Shown here: positions 62,873 to 64,000 of the stretch, piece by piece
How the letters are laid out: every line of letters begins with the position of its first letter
Numbering within the stretch: the first letter of the stretch is position 1
DNA from: an uncultured Gemmatimonadaceae bacterium
GTDB lineage: Bacteria; Gemmatimonadota; Gemmatimonadetes; Gemmatimonadales; Gemmatimonadaceae
Length of the DNA: 64,000 bases
Direction: 5' to 3'
Assembly: GCA_963829055.1 (NCBI GenBank)
Contig: CAWHHI010000013.1
Coordinates: 1-64,000 of the forward strand
Position numbers and translations under genes: made by a program
Notes under the pieces: generated by a model
What the model saw: the letters and a program-made list of their open reading frames with translations, nothing else
Databases searched by the model: none
Told to the model about the DNA's origin: nothing

Positions 62873-63715
62873 TTAGGCATGACTTCGGACACCAGCGACG
62901 GCCGCTAAGGCACCCGGATCCAGCGCGACGGCCGTCATCACCGGCAGCGCGAAGTCGAGCAATCCCCGAGCACTCAACAGGTAGCTCGAGGCATTCCCGA
63001 CGAGCCCACCATCATTGCCGGTGGCCCGCAGATACGCATCGACAACGTCCGCGAAGAATCGCTCCGACCAGTTCGCGTGCACGCCGGCACTCGCTGTGTC
63101 GAACTCCTCCACCTCCCGCCACACGCGCTCGCCGTTCTCGAGCCATGGCACCTTGAACCGCGCCACGCGCTTGCCCGGAAAGTCCCCGATGTGCTCCGCG
63201 TAATGGAGGAACGTCACCGTGTCGTGATCGGAGCCGAGCATCAGGATCTTGCCGTCGAGCGCGACGAAGCGCTCGAGCAACGAGCCGCGGCCGAATGCGT
63301 AGTTCCACGGCTGATGTGACATCAGATAGTCGGCATGCGTGCCCCAGACGACGAACCGCACCACGTGTGGGTTCACGCGCGACCCCGGGTACGTGCGCAG
63401 CAGCTCCACCAACGCACCGTTGTCGCGACTCGAGCGCGCCGTGTACGGGTCGAACGGCGGCAGCTTCTCCTCGAGCTCCGCCTCCTGCTCCGGCGTCAGC
63501 TCCCCGCGGCCGATCTCGTCGACGTACGCGGGACAGCTCGCATACATGATGAGCGCACCGTCCTCGCTCACGACATCCTTGATGGCGAGATGAACCTCAT
63601 CCGGTCCGCCCGCCACCTCGCCAATGGCGCGCAACGATGCGTGGACCATCACCACGTCGCCGCGCGTGAGGCCGAGTGCGCGAAGGTCGGCGGCGAGTTG
63701 CTGTCGGGAATGCAT
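62873..63715 (-). CDS. Aminoglycoside N(3)-acetyltransferase family protein (Antibiotic_NAT)
   Basis: DLRALGLTRGDVVMVHASLRAIG, LPPFDP.TARS, GKILMLG....TVTFLHYAEH. Confidence 0.9.
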   Translation of the reverse strand: MHSRQQLAADLRALGLTRGDVVMVHASLRAIGEVAGGPDEVHLAIKDVVSEDGALIMYASCPAYVDEIGRGELTPEQEAELEEKLPPFDPYTARSSRDNGALVELLRTYPGSRVNPHVVRFVVWGTHADYLMSHQPWNYAFGRGSLLERFVALDGKILMLGSDHDTVTFLHYAEHIGDFPGKRVARFKVPWLENGERVWREVEEFDTASAGVHANWSERFFADVVDAYLRATGNDGGLVGNASSYLLSARGLLDFALPVMTAVALDPGALAAVAGVRSHA

Positions 63716-63893
63716 GCTATCGCGTCGTCCAGTGACCGGGTGAGGCGAGGCCCGCAACGTATGTGGCCGCGCAGAGCTCGAGCGACGCGATTGCCGCCTC
63801 GAGCGGCTCGCCTGCGCGATTGCGCAGACCAGGCGCTGGCGCGCATGATTCCCGCACGCTGACCCGCAGATCCGATCTCCTCCCACGATTTCA

Positions 63894-64000
63894 ATGCCCT
63901 GCTCTCGATCGCACCACTCGTCTCGCGTCGTCGCGCCAGCACGACGCTCATCGCCGCGCTCGCGCTCACCGCCTGCGCGCATCCATCGCAAACCGGCTCG
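63894..64000 (+). CDS. Possible 5' end of a lipoprotein running off the window
   Basis: One frame reads RRRASTTLIAALALTAC (signal peptide plus lipobox); needs a frameshift after ATG 63894. Confidence 0.35.
   Translation, partial: MPCSRSHHSSRVVAPARRSSPRSRSPPARIHRKPA

Noticed and set aside
321..62877. CCTAACG/CGTTAGG as telomere-like (TTAGG) repeats, attC cores or Chi/KOPS
   Set aside because: Copies are dispersed rather than tandem (only GTTAGGTTAGG at 35718), mostly inside coding sequence, and occur in both orientations without clear polarity in this window

Overview
High-GC (roughly 68%) bacterial accessory region, probably Gemmatimonadota. That assignment is an inference from the expanded ADOP-type ABC permeases with a PadR, the ECF/Ser-Thr kinase pair and the TonB receptor. 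It holds about 55 genes. Many are split by single-base frameshifts that look like long-read errors, so coordinates of those genes are reconstructed by hand and approximate. No rRNA, tRNA, CRISPR array, transposase or integrase was recognised. Content: four ADOP/MacB-like permeases, three DGPF(YciI)+ECF42-type sigma pairs, an ECF43-type sigma with its kinase, a tricorn-like S41 protease, an IorAB-like molybdoenzyme, an amidohydrolase, a TonB receptor, a GH18 chitinase-like lipoprotein, an AAC(3) homolog and several small stress/detox genes. Most notable observations: (1) the non-palindromic heptamer CCTAACG/CGTTAGG occurs about once per kb (about 67 by hand count) in both orientations and all reading frames. 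(2) An uncharacterised five-gene cluster at 13270-16890 in which small neighbour genes duplicate the N-terminal motif and the C-terminal Trp-rich domain of a large Asp-box protein. (3) At least four families of palindromic REP/MITE-like repeats; their ends supply start codons, and one copy appears to encode the chitinase signal peptide. (4) A candidate structured leader RNA upstream of an ankyrin/flap-endonuclease/permease operon. (5) An ECF42-type promoter motif in front of all three DGPF genes and one ADOP permease.
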